NCBI GenBank assembly: GCA_030390025.1
Contig: JASTWF010000069.1
Location: 930,001-994,000, forward strand
Length of the DNA stretch: 64,000 bases
Source of the DNA: Squalus acanthias
Taxonomy: Eukaryota
Direction of reading: 5' to 3'
Positions 1 through 13,145 of the stretch are shown one piece after another (position 1 is the first letter of the stretch; every line of letters begins with the position of its first letter). Position numbers and translations under genes: made by a program. The notes under the pieces are model-generated. The model was not told the DNA's origin. It saw only the letters and a list, made by a program, of their open reading frames with translations, and did not search any database.

Positions 1-3000
1 CATGAATTCAATCGGAAGTCTGGATGGAGAATTAGAAACCTGTCCATTTGCGGGGATTTGGGTGCTCCTGGTCGGACGCAGTTGGTCGTTCCAGCCGCTG
101 ATTTGACACTTGTAATTTCTGTACTTGGCGGTTGTTGGGTTACCTGCAGAAAGGTGATCAATGCCGCAGTCAAACGCCTCCCGTTCCGGACTGCCGTGTC
201 CGATTAGGGTCGGCCATGGCTGGTTGGGAAGCCCCGGCGCCTGCGCTCACTATATTGCTGCGCTGGCCCCGGGCGCGTTCGGGAAAGTGTCGGAATCCCG
301 TGCCGCCTGCGGGCCGTCAGTCAGCGGGCCGGGTATCGGGAATAACTTCGGGCAGGAATGTCGGATCCGGACCGGGTAAACGGTGCCTGAATGGGCTTGC
401 GGGGCTGCACAGGCCAGCACCGACCCAGTGTAGCTGCGCCTTTGCCCGGCCGAGTGACCGCAGTCAGGCTGCAGACCGCTTTGCGACAGCTGAGTCGGCG
501 GGCCGGCAACCGATCTTGGTGTCCGAGCGGCCTGGGCAAGCCGGGGGCAAGGGGCATCCAGCGGTACCGGTACCGTGTCGGTGCGACACCGGGAAGCCGG
601 GTGCCGCTCGCTCCGAGTTTTCCCGTTTAAAACGACGGGAATGAGTGCTGCCCTCTGGTGGTGGAATCCTGCTGTTGCAGCTTTTCGTATACAATTACCG
701 TTTGCCCCGGTCGGCGGGGCGGCAGTCAAACGCCTCCCGTTCCGGACTGGCGTATCCGATTTCGGTCGGCCATGGCTCGTTGGAAAGCCACGGCGCTGGC
801 GCACACTATATTGCTGCGCTGGCCCCGTCTTGTTCGGGAAAGTGTCGCAATCGCCTGCCCCCTGCCGGGCCGTCGGTCACGGGGGCCGGGTATCGAGTAT
901 AACGTCTTGCCGGAAGGTCGGATTCGCACCGGGTCAACGGCGCCTGAATGGGCTTGCGGGGCTGAAGAGACCAGTACCGACTCGGTGTAGCTGCGCCTTT
1001 GTCCGGCCGGGTGACGGTAGTCCGGTTGCAGACCGCTTTCTGACTGGTAAATCGGCGGGCCGGCCAGCGATCTGCTGGGGGGCGCCATTTGCGGAAGCCG
1101 AGGGCAAGCGGCATCGGCCGGTACCAGAACCAGAGCGGTGGCCCACCGGGGAGCGTGTCGGCAGGCGCCGAAACTTGGCAGGGTGACCCCGCCCGCCCCG
1201 CTGGAAAAGGTGCAAAATGCCGCAAAAACCACCCGGGGAGCTCGAGCCGAGTGGGAAACGCTCATCTGGAAAGCCGGGACATTTTTGCACAAAGTCGTCC
1301 AAACGAACGAAAATTCTTGCAAAAGTGGCACAGAGACTGAGTGGGAAAGTGACAAATGGTTAACCAAAAGTCAGAGGGACAAATAGTTAACCAAAGTCCC
1401 AAAAGGGGGAACTCAGTAACTGATTTTTGAAAAGGGACAAATAGTTAACCAAAGAGTCAAAAGTGGGACCTCATTAACTGAAATGTGTCAATCCAAAGTC
1501 TCAAAGTGATAAATGATACATCAAGATTTAAAAGTGACAAATGGTTAACCAAATGTCAAAGGGACAAATGAAGAACCAAAGTCCCCAAAGTGGGAACTCA
1601 TAAACTGAAATTTCAAAGGGACAAATGAACCAAAGTATCAAAAGTGGGACCTGATGAACTGAAATGTCAAAGGGACAAATGATGAACCAATTGTCAAAGG
1701 GACGACATTTTATACCCTTGTTGGGTGGAATTTTTTTTCCAATTTTGGCCATTTTTCGGGTTTTTGGTCGGGATTTAAAAACGGCCGCCTGCCGCCTGGC
1801 AGAGGCCGGGAATTCGCCTCCCTTGCGTAAGGGACCGTATCCGAACCGATGGAGACCGGGAGCCCCGAGTTCAGGCCGGAAATTTTTTTAATCGGCCGAA
1901 AATTAAGAAACATTTCCCTTGCCGTCGGCAGGGGCGGCGTTCGACTGGGCACCGGGAATCCGCGTCTAACGGTGTCAAAACCGCGTGGCTCCGACGCCGG
2001 AGTGCGGAGATATGGTCGTTCAAAGTTGTTCCGGAGGTCCGAAGGGATCGGATTTGGTCGCCTTACAGGGGCCTCGGGTGATGATTTCCCGCTTGAGGAA
2101 GCGAGTTGCTCCCGGAAAATGGACATGTGCATTTTCTGGCAACTTTTCAGAACACTGGTTACTGAGTTGGCGGGCGGGAAATCATGAATTCAATCGGAAG
2201 TCTGGATGGAGAATTAAAAACTGGCCATTTGCGGGGATCTGGGTGCTCTTGGTCGGACGGAGTTGGTCATTCGACCCGCTGATTTGACACTTGTCATTTC
2301 TGTACTTGACGGTTGGCGGGGTACCTGCAGAAAGGTGATCAATGCCGCAGTCAAACGCCTCCCGTTCCGGACTACCATGTCCGATTTCGGTCGGGCATGG
2401 CTGGTTGGAAAGCCCCGGCGCCGCCGCACACTATATTGCTGCACTGGCCCCGGGCGAGCTCGGGAAAGTGTCGGAATCCCGTGCCGTCTGCCGGGCCGTC
2501 GGTCAGCGGGCACGGTATCGGGTATAACTTCGGACAGGAATGTCGGATCTGGACCAGGTCAACGGCGCCTGAATGGGCTTGCGGGGCTGCACAGGCCAGC
2601 ACCGACCCGGTGTAGCTGCGCCTTTGCCCGGCCGAGTGACGGCAGTCAGGCTGCAGACCGCTTTCCGACAGCTCAGTCGGCGGGCAGGCCACCCATCTTG
2701 GTGTCCGAGCGGCCTGGGCAGGCCGGGGACAAGGGGCATCCAGCGGTACCGGAATGGTGTCGGTGCGACACCGGGAAGCCGGGTTTCGCTCGCACTGAGT
2801 CCAGCCTGGGTTTTCCCGTTTAAAACGACGGGAATGAGTGCTGCCCTCCTGTGGTGGAATCCTGACATTGCAGCTTTTCGTATACAATTACCATTTGCCC
2901 CGGTCGGCGGGGCGGCAGTCAAACGCCTGACGTTCCGGACTGGCGTGTCCAATTTCGGTCGGAGATGGCTCGTTGGAAAGCCCCGGCGCTGGCGCTCACT

Positions 3001-4588
3001 ATATTGCTGCGCTGGCTCCGGGCCCGTTCGGGAAAGTGTCGGAATCGCCTGCCGCCTGCCGGGCCGTCGGTCAGCGGGCACGTCGTCGGGTATAACTTCT
3101 GGCCGGAAGGTCGGATCCGCACCGGGTCAACGGCGCCTGAATGGGCTTGCGGGGCTGAAGAGACCAGAACCGACCCGGTGTAGCTGCGTCTTTGTCCAGC
3201 GGGTGACGGCAGTCAGGCTGCAGAACACTTTCCGACTGCTAAATCGGCGGACGGCCACCGATCTGCTGGGGGGCGCCGTTTGAGGAAGCCGAGGGCAAGC
3301 GGCATCGGCCGGTACCAGAACCAGAGCGGTGGCCCACCGGGGAGCGTGTCGGCAGGCGCCGAAACTTGGCAGGGTGACCCCGCCCGCCCCGCTGGAAAAG
3401 GTGCAAAATGCCGCAAAAACCACCCGGGGAGCTCGAGCCGAGTGGGAAACGCTCATCTGGAAAGCCGGGACATTTTTCAACAAAGTCGTCCATACGAACG
3501 AAAATTCTTGCAAAAGTGGCGCAGAGACTGAGTGGGAAAGTGACAAATGGGTAACCAAAAGTCAATGGGACAAATAGTTAACCAAAGTCTCAAAAGTGGG
3601 AACTCAGTAACTGATCTTTGAAAAGTGACAAATGTTAAACCAAATGTCAAAGGGACGACATTTTATATCCTTTTTGGTTGGAATTTATTTTCCATTTTTA
3701 CCCGTTTTTCGGGTTTGTGGTCCGGCTTAAAAAACGTCCGCCTGACGCCCGGCAGAGGCCGGGGATTCGCCTCCCCTGCGTAAGGGACCGTATCCGAACC
3801 GATTGAGGCCGAGAGACCCGAGTTCAGGAATGAATTTTTTTTTCCCGAAATCGGCCAAAAATTTAAAAAAAAATTCCTGGCCGCCGGCCGGGGCGGCGTT
3901 CGACTGGACACCGGGAATCTGCGTCGAACGGTGGCAAAACCGTGTGGCTCCGACGCCGGAGTGCGGAGATATGGCCGTTCAAAGTTGTTCCGGAGGTCCG
4001 AAGGGAAAAGGATTCGGTCGCCTTACCGGGGCTTCGAGTGATGGTTTCCCGCTTGAGGAAGCGAATTGCTCCCGGCAAATGGACATGTGCATTTTCTGGC
4101 AAGTTTTCCAAACACTGGTTAAGGAGTTGGGGAGCGGGAAATCTTGAATTCAATCGGAAGTCTGGATGGAGAATTGAAAACTGGCCATTTGCGGGGATTT
4201 GGGTGCTCCTGGTCGAACGGAGTTGGTCGTTCGAGCCGCTGATTTGACACTTGTCATTTCTGTACTTGGCGGTTGTTGGGTTACCTGCAGAAAGGTGATC
4301 AATGCCGCAGTCAAACGCCTGACGTTCCGGACTGGTGTGTCCGATTTCGGTCGGGGATGGCTCGTTGGAAAGCCCCGGCGCTGGCGCTCACTATATTGCT
4401 GCGCTGGCCCCGGGCGAGTTCGGGAAAGTGTCGGAATCGCCTGCCGCCTGCCGGGCCGTCGGTCAGCGGGACGGGTGTCGTGAATAACTTCGTGCAGGAA
4501 GGTCGGATCCGCACCGGGTCAACGGCGCCTGAATGGGCTGGCGGGGCTGAAGAGACCAGCACCGACCCGGTGTAGCTGCGCCTTTGCA
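1..4588. repeat. GC/CpG-rich macrosatellite, ~2.0-2.2 kb unit (units start at 1, 2183, 4143), each with two related GC-rich subrepeats and an AT-rich block of short subrepeats
   Basis: 'tgaattcaatcggaagtctggatggagaatt' recurs near 1, 2183 and 4143; subrepeat 'cagtcaaacgcct..cgttccggact' at ~167, 723, 2348, 2916, 4308; 'caaagggacaaat..aaccaaa' block at ~1345-1705, shorter in unit 2. Confidence 0.9.
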
Positions 4589-5950
4589 TACTCGCTGCGT
4601 AAAAAAGCTTTTCCTCACGCCCCCCTGTATCTCTTGCCCAAAATCTTAAATCTGTGTCCCCTAGTCCTTGTACCATCAACTAGTGGGAACAGCCTTTCCC
4701 CGTCTAGCCTATCCAAACCCGTCATAATCTTGTACACCTCGATCAAATCACCCCTCAACCTCCTTTGCTCTAATGAAAACAAATCCAGCTTCTCCAACCT
4801 GTCCTTGTAGCTAAGATCCCCCATCCCCAGAACCATTCTGGTAAATCTCCTCTGCACCCTCTCAAGGGCCTTCACATCCTTCCTAAAGTGTGCTGACCAG
4901 AACTGGACGCAATACTTCTGTTGTGGCCTAACCAGCGCTTTATAAAGGTTCAGCATAACTTCTCTACTTTTGTACTCAATACCTCTGTTTATGAAGCCCA
5001 AGATCCCATATGCTTTGTTAACCATACTCTCAATATGTCCTGCCACCTTCAGGAACCTATACACATTAACTCCCAGGTCCCTCTGTCCCTACACACTCTT
5101 TTAAACTGTGCCATTAAGTGTATATTGCCTCTCCCTGTTCCTTCGGGCAAAATGTATCACCTCACACTTCAGTGTTAAATTCCATCTGCCACATATCTGC
5201 GCATTCTGCTAGCCTTTCTATGTCATGTTGCAGTCGATTGGTATCATCCTCACTGTTTGCCACTGTTGGGGAGAAAATAAAATTCTCAGAGCCTAGATGA
5301 AGTTCAAAAACACACAGTTTATTAGACAAAGTACTTTGGGAGAAGAGCCAAAGGTCCCGTGACCTTGTGTACCCACTTCTCGTTCAACCTTTGTTCAGTA
5401 CAGCTTATATTCAATATTTCTGGCTACATGCCATCATACATCGATTTTCGTCCAATTACATGGTATTACATTAATCACCTGATTATATTTTGCCTTTATC
5501 TATATTTATTTGGCAATAATCATAAAAGCAGTTACATCTTGTTATGCCTTTTTGAGCATAGTCTAATCCCACAGTTTACTACTGTATGTTATCTGTGATT
5601 GGCACCGTGCCTACGGTCTCTAGCTAACTTTGTAAAAGGCCCCTTTCAATACCTTTATTAAACACTGAACCCTCCCTCAGAAATCTGTCTGGCAGCTGTA
5701 ATTATATCTATTCCTTGTCCCAATTTGCAAGACCTTCATTTCCTGGCAGCTGTAAGCTTATCAATTGTTGTCTCAATTTGCAAAACCTTCACTGTTCATG
5801 GTTTTATGTTTTATTGCAAATTATATAGAAACTGAATTTGACCATTCCAAATTAACTCTTTCAGCCACACTCCCAAGTTTGGTGTCATCAGCAAATTTAG
5901 AAATTCTACTCTGTATTCCAATATCCAGGTCATTTATATACATCAAAAAA
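4589..5950 (-). mobile_element. CR1-clade LINE fragment (RT C-terminal region), interrupted by a solo LTR
   Basis: ORF 4615-5064 ([40 protein letters not shown]) is typical CR1 ORF2; sequence resumes at 5864. Confidence 0.9.
5264..5863 (-). mobile_element. solo LTR (600 bp)
   Basis: TG...CA ends; 5-bp target duplication gccac (5259-5263 and 5864-5868) versus uninterrupted CR1 copies (tttgccacacccccaag); AATAAA on minus strand near 5320; ends resemble LTR at 39640. Confidence 0.8.
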
Positions 5951-6124
5951 GTCAGCAAAGTCAAAAAACCACCAAAACCATTTTTAATGACTTTCGATTA
6001 CTCTTTGAAAGGTCTGGAGTTTGATAAAATGAGCCTTTTAAGCAAAGTTACATTTTTCGGGCATTTTCAAAATGTACTCGCTGTGTAAAATTTGTTCTGA
6101 AAATCGTGTTCCCGAAAATCTCCC

Positions 6125-7488
6125 GCCACCCCGCCAACCCCCAAGTACAGAAATGACAAGTGTCAAATCAGCGGGTCAAAGGGCCACCTCGGTCCGACCA
6201 GGAGCACCCAAATCGCCGCAAATGGCCAGATTTTATTCTCCATCCAGACTTCCGATTGAGTTCATGATTTCCCACCCGTCAACTCATAAACCAGTGTTCT
6301 CACCACTTGCCAGAAAAAGCACATGACCATTTGCCGGGAGCAACTCGCTTCCTCAAGCGGGAAATCTACACCCGAAGCCCGGGTAAGGCGGCCAAATCCC
6401 AACCCTTCGGACCTCCGGTATAAATTTGAACGGCCATATCTCCGCACTCCGGCGTCGGAGACAAGCGGTTTTGACACCGTTAGCCGCGGATTCCCGGTGC
6501 CCAGTCGAACGCCGCCCCGGCCGACGGCCAGGAAAATGTTTTTAAATTTTCGGCCGATTTCGGGGAAAAAAATTTCCGGCCTGAACTCGGGTCTCTCGGC
6601 CTCAATCGGTTCGGACACGATCGCTTACGGAGGGGAGGCGAATCCCCGGCCTCTGCCGGGCGTCAGGCGGATGTTTTTAAATCCCGACCAAAAATCCGAA
6701 AAATGGGAAAAATGCAAAAAAAATTCACCCAAAAAGGGTATAAAATGTCGTCCCTTTGACTTTTGGTTAACCATTTGTCACTTTCCCACTCAGTCTCTGG
6801 GCCACTTTTGCAAGAATTTTCGTTCGTATGGACGACTTTGTTGAAAAATGTCCCGGCTTTCCAGATGAGCGTTTCCCACTCGGCTCGAGCTCCCCGGGTG
6901 GTTTTTGCAGGCATTTTGCACCTTTTCCAGCGGGGCGGGCGGGGTCACCCTGCCAAGTTTCGGCGCCTGCCGACACGCTCCCCGGTGGGCCACCGCTCTG
7001 GTTCTGGTACCGGCCGATGCCGCTTGCCCTCGTCTTCCGAAAACGGCGCCCCCCAGCAGATCGGTGGCCGGCCCGCCGATTTAGCAGTCGGAAAGCGGTC
7101 TGCAGCCTGACTGCTGTCACCCAGCCGGGCAAAGGCGCAGCTACACCGGTTCGGTACTGGTCTCTTCAGCCCCGCAAGCCCATTCAGGCGCCGTTGACCC
7201 GGTCCGGATTCGACATTTCTGCCCGAAGTTATACCCGATACCGTGCCTGCTGACCGACGTCCCGGCAGGCGGCACGGGATTCCGACACTTTCCCCAACTC
7301 GCCCGGGGCCAGTGCAGCAATATAGTGTGCGCCGGCGCCGGGGCTTTCCAACCAGCCATCCCCGACCCTAATCGGACACGGGACTCGGGAACAAAACCCA
7401 TTTGACTGCGGCCCTGCAAACCGGGGCAAATGGTTAACTGGACATGCTTCAACCAAGCTTTCTACTCACTTCGGGCGTTTTAAACAAG
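6125..7488 (-). repeat. inverted, internally deleted copy of the macrosatellite unit
   Basis: reverse complement of unit sequence (e.g. catccagacttccgattga at ~6241; same spurious ORFs MAHRGACRQAPK on the opposite strand). Confidence 0.9.
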
Positions 7489-7489
7489 C

Positions 7490-8318
7490 TGAAGGATCCA
7501 GCTAGTTCCCAAAGAATTCTGGGATACTTGACTATGTTTAAGCCTCTCATAAAAAAGGCGCTTGTAAGGACTAGCTGTAGATTCAAAGATGGGGCTTAAT
7601 TAAAACGGAGACTGACAACATGCAGCTGGGAACAGATAGCAGGGATGTAAGCCAGGTCGAATATCGAACATCAGAGACCAGTAAAAGTGATAAGGGGATC
7701 GTAAAATGCAAGGAACAGGCACTTTTGCAGGCTGCAAGGCGTCTCTTCACTAATTAAACTTCGGGATGTGTATTCACAGCGCCTTAGTGGAGTCACTGTC
7801 CAAGCACGGCCTGTCCTCCCAGGAGATAAGGGGACCAATTATCAAACATGGTACGAGTTCGCTAGACACATGAATCGCTGTGGCTTTGTGCTTGTTCGGC
7901 AGTTAAGTGTAAAACCGGTCCTCTCGAACAATAAACTATGCTTATAGCGAGGAAGAGATAACAACAGGAATGTGGAGGTAGGGTTACTCCCAACATCTGT
8001 GTCCAGCATGGGCAGGGGAGGGGCACCTGAGTTCAGGGGATGGGCCCAACAGTTGAGTGACTAAACACCGAAACCAATAAAGAGTAACTGTGGTGACGTT
8101 GTTTGTACGTGTACGCCCCCATTCTGTAGTAAGTGGGCGTTGCTTATAGAACTGTATATCTTGAATGAACCGCTGTTTTTCCTTTGTGAGTGCACCTCAA
8201 GCTTGAGGAAGCTGGGTGGCTCCACTTGTGCACAAGTCTCTCTTAGTTGTTTTAATAAATTTTGTTCTTGTCCTCAATTCCATCTCCGTCTAGAGTTTCT
8301 CCAAATTCGAATCGAACA
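7490..8318 (+). mobile_element. possible LTR-like sequence
   Basis: starts tgaagg, AATAAA at ~8254, ends ...cgaaca at the minisatellite junction; no target duplication seen. Confidence 0.35.
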
Positions 8319-9812
8319 TCCTGTTCCTGTGTAACATGCTCGATGATCTGAATCTGCCTGCTCCTGTTCCTGTATAACAGGCTCGAGGGGTTGAATGGGC
8401 CTCCTCCTATTATTGTGTAACAGGATCTAGCGGGCTCAAAGCGTCTCCTCCTGTTCCTGTGTAACAGGCTCGAGCATCTGAATGGGCCTCCTCCTGTTCC
8501 TGTGTAACAGGCTCGAGGGGCTGAATGGGACTCATCCTGTTCCTGTGTAACAGGCTCGAGGGGCTGAATGTGCCTACTCCTGTTCTTGTGTATCAGGTTT
8601 GAGTTGCTGAATGTGCCTCCTTCTGTTCCTGTGAAACAGGCTCGAGGGGCTGAATGGGCCTCCTCCTGTTCCTGTGTAACAGTCCCAAGGGGCTGAATGG
8701 GCCTCCTGCTGTTCATGTGTAACAGGCTCGAGGGGGATGAATAGGCCTCCTCCTGTTCCTGTGTAACAGGCCCAAGGGGCTGAAGGCGCCTCCTCCTCTA
8801 CCTGTATATTAGGATCGAGGGGCTGAATGGGCCTCCTCCTGTTCCTGTGAAACAGGCTCGAGGTGCTGACTGGGCCTCTTCCTGTTCTTGTGTAACAGGC
8901 TCGATGATCAAAATCTGCCTCCTCCTGTTCCTGTGTAGCAGGCTCGAGGGGCTGAATAGGCCTCCTCCTGTTCCTGTGTAACATGTCCGAGGGGCTTAAT
9001 GGGCCTCCTCTTCCTGTGTAATAGGCTTGAGGGGGCTGAATGGGCCTACTCCTGTTCCTGTGTAACTGGCTCGAGGGGCTGAATGGGCGTCCTCCTGTTC
9101 CTGCGTAACAGGCTCGAGGTGCTGAATGGGTACCCTCCTGTTCCTGTGTAACAGGCTCAAGGGGCTGAATGGGCCTCCACCTGTTCTTGTGTTTTAGACT
9201 CGAGTGGCTAAATGGGCCTCCTCCTGTTCCTGTGTAACAGGCTAAGGGGCTGAATGGGCCTCCTCCTGTTCCTGTGTAACAGGCTCGAGGGGGCTGAATG
9301 GGCCTCCTCCTGTTCCTGTGTAACAGGCTCGAGGGGCTGAATTGGACTCCTCCTGTTCCTGTGTAACAGGCTAAGGGGCTGAATGGGCCTCCTCCTGTTC
9401 CTGTGTAACAGGCTCGAGGGGCTGAATGGGCCTCCTCCTGTTCCTGTGTAACAGGCTCGAGGGGCTGAATAGGCCTCCACCTGTTCTTGTGTATTAGACT
9501 CGAGGGGCTTAATGGGCCTCCTCCTGTTCCTGTGTAACAGGCTACGGGGCTGAATTGTCCTCCTCCTGTTCCTGTGTAACAGGCTCGAGGCAGCTGAATG
9601 GGCCTCCTCCTGTTCCTGTGTAACAGGCTCTTTGGGCTGAATTGCCTCCTCCTTTTCCTGTGTATCAGGCTCGAGGGGCTGAATGGGCCTCCTCCTGTTC
9701 CTGTGTAACAGGCTCGAGGGGCTGAATGGGCCTCCTCCTGTTCCTGTGTAACAGCTCGACGGGCTGAATGGGCCTCCTCCTGTTCCTGTGTAACAGGCTC
9801 GACGGTCTGAAT
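8319..9812 (+). repeat. 43-bp minisatellite (cctcctcctgttcctgtgtaacaggctcgaggggctgaatggg)n
   Basis: direct tandem repeats; unit matches the CR1/HE1-type 3' tail. Confidence 0.95.
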
Positions 9813-10062
9813 AGTAATAAAGAGGTAAAAAGCGAGTGTCTGGTGAAAACGCTAAACCACAAGAAGTGCCCAAGCTGCCCATCCACAGCCATGAGGAGGT
9901 TCAATGTATCTCAGATACTGGAACAAGCCCAGCAGCAACCAATGGAGGGTTCAATGTGTCCTGGGTGCTGAAGTAAACTCAATCACAATGATGAGGGAGG
10001 TCGTGAGGGCCTCACAGACAGGCCTGGACCTGCCCTCAAGTTGAAGGTGAAGGAAGATTTCC

Positions 10063-10858
10063 TCAGTGCTCTGTCTTAACATCGTAACCACAGCCGGAAG
10101 ATTCCCCCTGGTCCCTGTGTCTTAACAACATCGTAAACACAGCCAGAAGATTCCCCCCTGGTCCCTGTGTCTCAACAACATCGTAAACACAGCCGGAAGA
10201 TTTCCCCCAGTCCCTGTGCGTTAACAACATCGTAAACACAGCCAGAAGATTCCCTCCGCGTTCCTGTGTCTTAACAACATCGTAAACACAGCTGGAAGAT
10301 TCTCCCCGCATTCCTGTGTCTTAACAACATCGTAAACACAGCCGGAAGATTCCCCCTGGTCCCTGTGTCTTAACAACATTGTAGACACAGCCGGAAGATT
10401 CCCCCCTGGTCCCTGTGTCTTAACAACATCGTAAACACAGCCAGAAGATTCCCCCCTGGTCCCTGTGTCTTAACAACATTGTAAACAGAACCGGAAGATT
10501 CCCCCTGGTCCATGTGTCTTAACAACATCGTAAAAACAGCCGGAAGATTTCCCCCTGGACCCTGTGTCTTAACAACATCGTAAACACATCCGGAAGATTC
10601 ACCCTGGTCCCTATGTCTTAACAACATCGTAAACACAGCCAAAAGATTTCCCGCCAGTCCCTGTGTCTTAACAACATCCTAAAGACAGTGGGAAGATTCT
10701 CCCCCGCCCCCGGTCCCTCTGTCTTAACAACATCGTAAACACAGCCGGAAGATTTCCCCCCAGTCCCTGTGTCTTAACAACATCGTAAACACAGCCGGAA
10801 GATTTCCCCCCACTCCCTGTGTCTCGACAACATCGTAACCACAGCCGGAAGATTTCCT
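10063..10858. repeat. 49-50 bp minisatellite (tcttaacaacatcgtaaacacagccggaagattccccctggtccctgtg)n
   Basis: about 16 direct tandem copies. Confidence 0.95.
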
Positions 10859-11029
10859 CTGAGAAGCAGAGCTGCGACACTACAGCGCCACCACTGGTAG
10901 GAGGGTGTAATTACAACGTGACATGAGGAACACAGGATGGTTTTTTTTTATCCACCCTTTTGTTTGGCCCTTGTTTTTTTTCCCTCGCAGCTGTCCTTCA
11001 TTCTGCCAGCGCATTTCACACTTCATCTC

Positions 11030-11351
11030 GAGCCATCCTTTGTTCCTCAACCTGTCCCATTACCACCTCCTCTTGCCTTGAATATCTCTTAATGTCTCTC
11101 AATGTCTCTTAATCTCTCCTGCTTTCTATCCTATCACTGACCGTTTTTGTTCTTTCATCCCCTCCCGCTTTTCCCAGGCTATACTTGCTTAAAAATCTAT
11201 TTCATTTCCTGCTTTTTTCCAGTTCTGACGAAAGGTCTTCGACCTGAAACGTTAACTCTGTTTCTGTCTCCACGGATGCTGCCTGGCCTGCTGAGTTTTT
11301 ACAGCGTTTTCTGTTGTTATTTTGGATTTCCAGCATCCGCAGTATTTTGCT
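11030..11351 (+). mobile_element. Penelope-like element terminal remnant
   Basis: pyrimidine-rich stretch, then ctgacgaaaggtc..gacctgaaacgttaactctgtttct..gatgctgcc..cctgctgag, a pattern recognised from fish/shark Penelope repeats. Confidence 0.55.
11221..11257 (+). ncRNA. minimal type I hammerhead ribozyme-like motif
   Basis: agtt-CTGACGA-a-aggtc/ttc/gacct-GAAA-c-gtt-aact: both core boxes, 5-bp stem II, palindromic stem III, 4-bp stem I. Confidence 0.55.
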
Positions 11352-11411
11352 ATCAGATCAGCCATGATCTCATTGAATGGCTTGGCAGGCTCGAGGGGCC
11401 GAATGGCCGAC

Positions 11412-12337
11412 TTATAGAGTCATAACGGCACAGAAGGAGGCCATTCGGCCCATTGAGTCTGTGCCAGCTCTCTGTAGAGCAATCCAGTCAGTCCCATTCC
11501 CCCGCTCTATCCCCGTAACCCTGCAAGTTTATTTCCCTCAAGTGCCTATCCAGTCTCCCCTTGAAAACATTGAGTGTCTCCGCTTCCACCACTTCCGTCG
11601 GCAGCGAGTTCCTGGTCCTCAACACTCGCTGTGTAAAAAAGTTTTTCCTCACGCCCCCCTGTATCTCTTGCCCAAAATCTTAAATCTGTGTCCCCTAGTC
11701 CTTGTACCATCAACTAGTGGGAACAGCCTTTCCCCATCTAGCCTATCCAAACCCATCATAATCGTGTACACCTCCATCAAATCACCCCTCAACCTCCTTT
11801 GCACTAATGATAACAAATCCAGCTTCTCCAACCTGTCCTTGTAGCTAAGAACCCCCATCCCCGGAACCATTCTGGTAAATCTCTTCTGCACCCTCTCAAG
11901 TGCCTTCACATCCTTCCTAAAGTGTGGTGACCAGAACTGGATGCAATACTTCAGTTGTGGCCTAACCAACACTTAATAAATGTTCAGCATAACTTCTCTA
12001 CTTTTGTACTCAATACCTCTATTTCTGAAGCCCAAGATCCCATATTCTTTTTTAAGCACTCTCTTAATATGTACTGCCACCTTCAGGGACCTATGCACAT
12101 TAACTCCCAGGTCCCTCTGTCCCTGCACACTCTTTAAAACTGTGCCATTAAGTGTATGTTGCCAATCCCTGTTCCTTCTGCCAAAATGCATCACCTCACA
12201 CTTCTCTGTATTAAATTCCATCTGCCACTTGTCTGCCCATTCTGCTAGCCTTTCTATGTCCTGTTGCAGTCGATTGATGTCATCATCACTGTTTGCCACA
12301 CCCCCAAGTTTGGTGTCATCGGCAAATTTAGAAATTT
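11412..12337 (-). mobile_element. 5'-truncated CR1 LINE nested in the 3' tail of another CR1/HE1-type element (tail halves 11353-11411 and 12338-12362)
   Basis: CR1 ORF2 ORFs 11649-12299; host tail gatcagccatgatc..caggctcgaggggccgaatggcc resumes as gctcctatttcttatgttcttatg. Confidence 0.85.
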
Positions 12338-12438
12338 GCTCCTATTTCTTATGTTCTTATGTAAGAATGGATTTGGATTCCCTGTGGACTGTCTGGTCAA
12401 TGGTTCGAAGCTGACTCCGTATTGGTAAGAGTTCTGAT

Positions 12439-12444
12439 TTTATT
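12439..12444 (-). terminator. candidate polyadenylation signal (AATAAA) of Siglec copy A
   Basis: tttatt on the plus strand, ~700 nt downstream of the stop at 13146. Confidence 0.35.
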
Positions 12445-13145
12445 GAAGCAGCAGTGAGACCGAATACACTCGGTATCTGAGCATCAGTTTACAAAGTACG
12501 ATTGAGAATTGGATTACCCGCTGTTGCCCCCTTTGAGTAGAAGGCCTGGCTCGTTTCCCCCGATCCTCCTCCTCCCCCTGCGTGTCTGCACCTGTCCGGA
12601 TCGGTGTCCTTGCTGGCCCTTCTACACTGAGACCCAGACCAAACCCACCAGGATGTCCCCCAAGAGCCGGAACTGTGGAGAAACCCATCCAACCATAGGC
12701 ACGGCGGGTTCTCTGTGTCCAGGCACAGGCTCTGGGCCTCCCTTATCTGCTTTTTACCCTCAGCACAAGCTCTTTCGGTGCTTGCTTTCTGTTTCCATGG
12801 AGATAAGGCAACCCAGGAACTAGAGGACAATGGGTTCCCACTGTAAATAAAATCTAGACTTTAATAGACTTTCCCCTGATTCTAACAGAGGAGAAATGAG
12901 ACTAAATTAATAAAACTGTAAACTAGAAATCTTAATATTAAACTACAATCTAGCAAAGCTTAATGCTGAAAATTAGCAAAAGGGATTTGTATTTGGGTAT
13001 GTTTCAACGACTCACAAAGCTTTGCGCGTTCCCACTGATTGAGAAAGAGATAAAAGATAAGCTGCAGGCGGCTCTGACTCTCCCTTGTTCTTTCCCTCGC
13101 TTTTCTAGCAATGAGAAGTGTGCTCGTGGGGGCGAGCGCTCGGCT

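Noticed and set aside
132-4575. many overlapping Arg/Pro/Gly-rich ORFs
   Set aside because: by-product of GC-rich satellite; frames are not conserved between units
8319-10858. CRISPR-like appearance of regular 43-50 bp repeats
   Set aside because: head-to-tail repeats without unique spacers, no cas genes, vertebrate context
12365-13145. search for ITIM-coding exons downstream of the Siglec A TM exon
   Set aside because: no convincing acceptor-flanked exon with an (I/L/V)xYxx(L/V) motif found by eye; treated as 3' UTR
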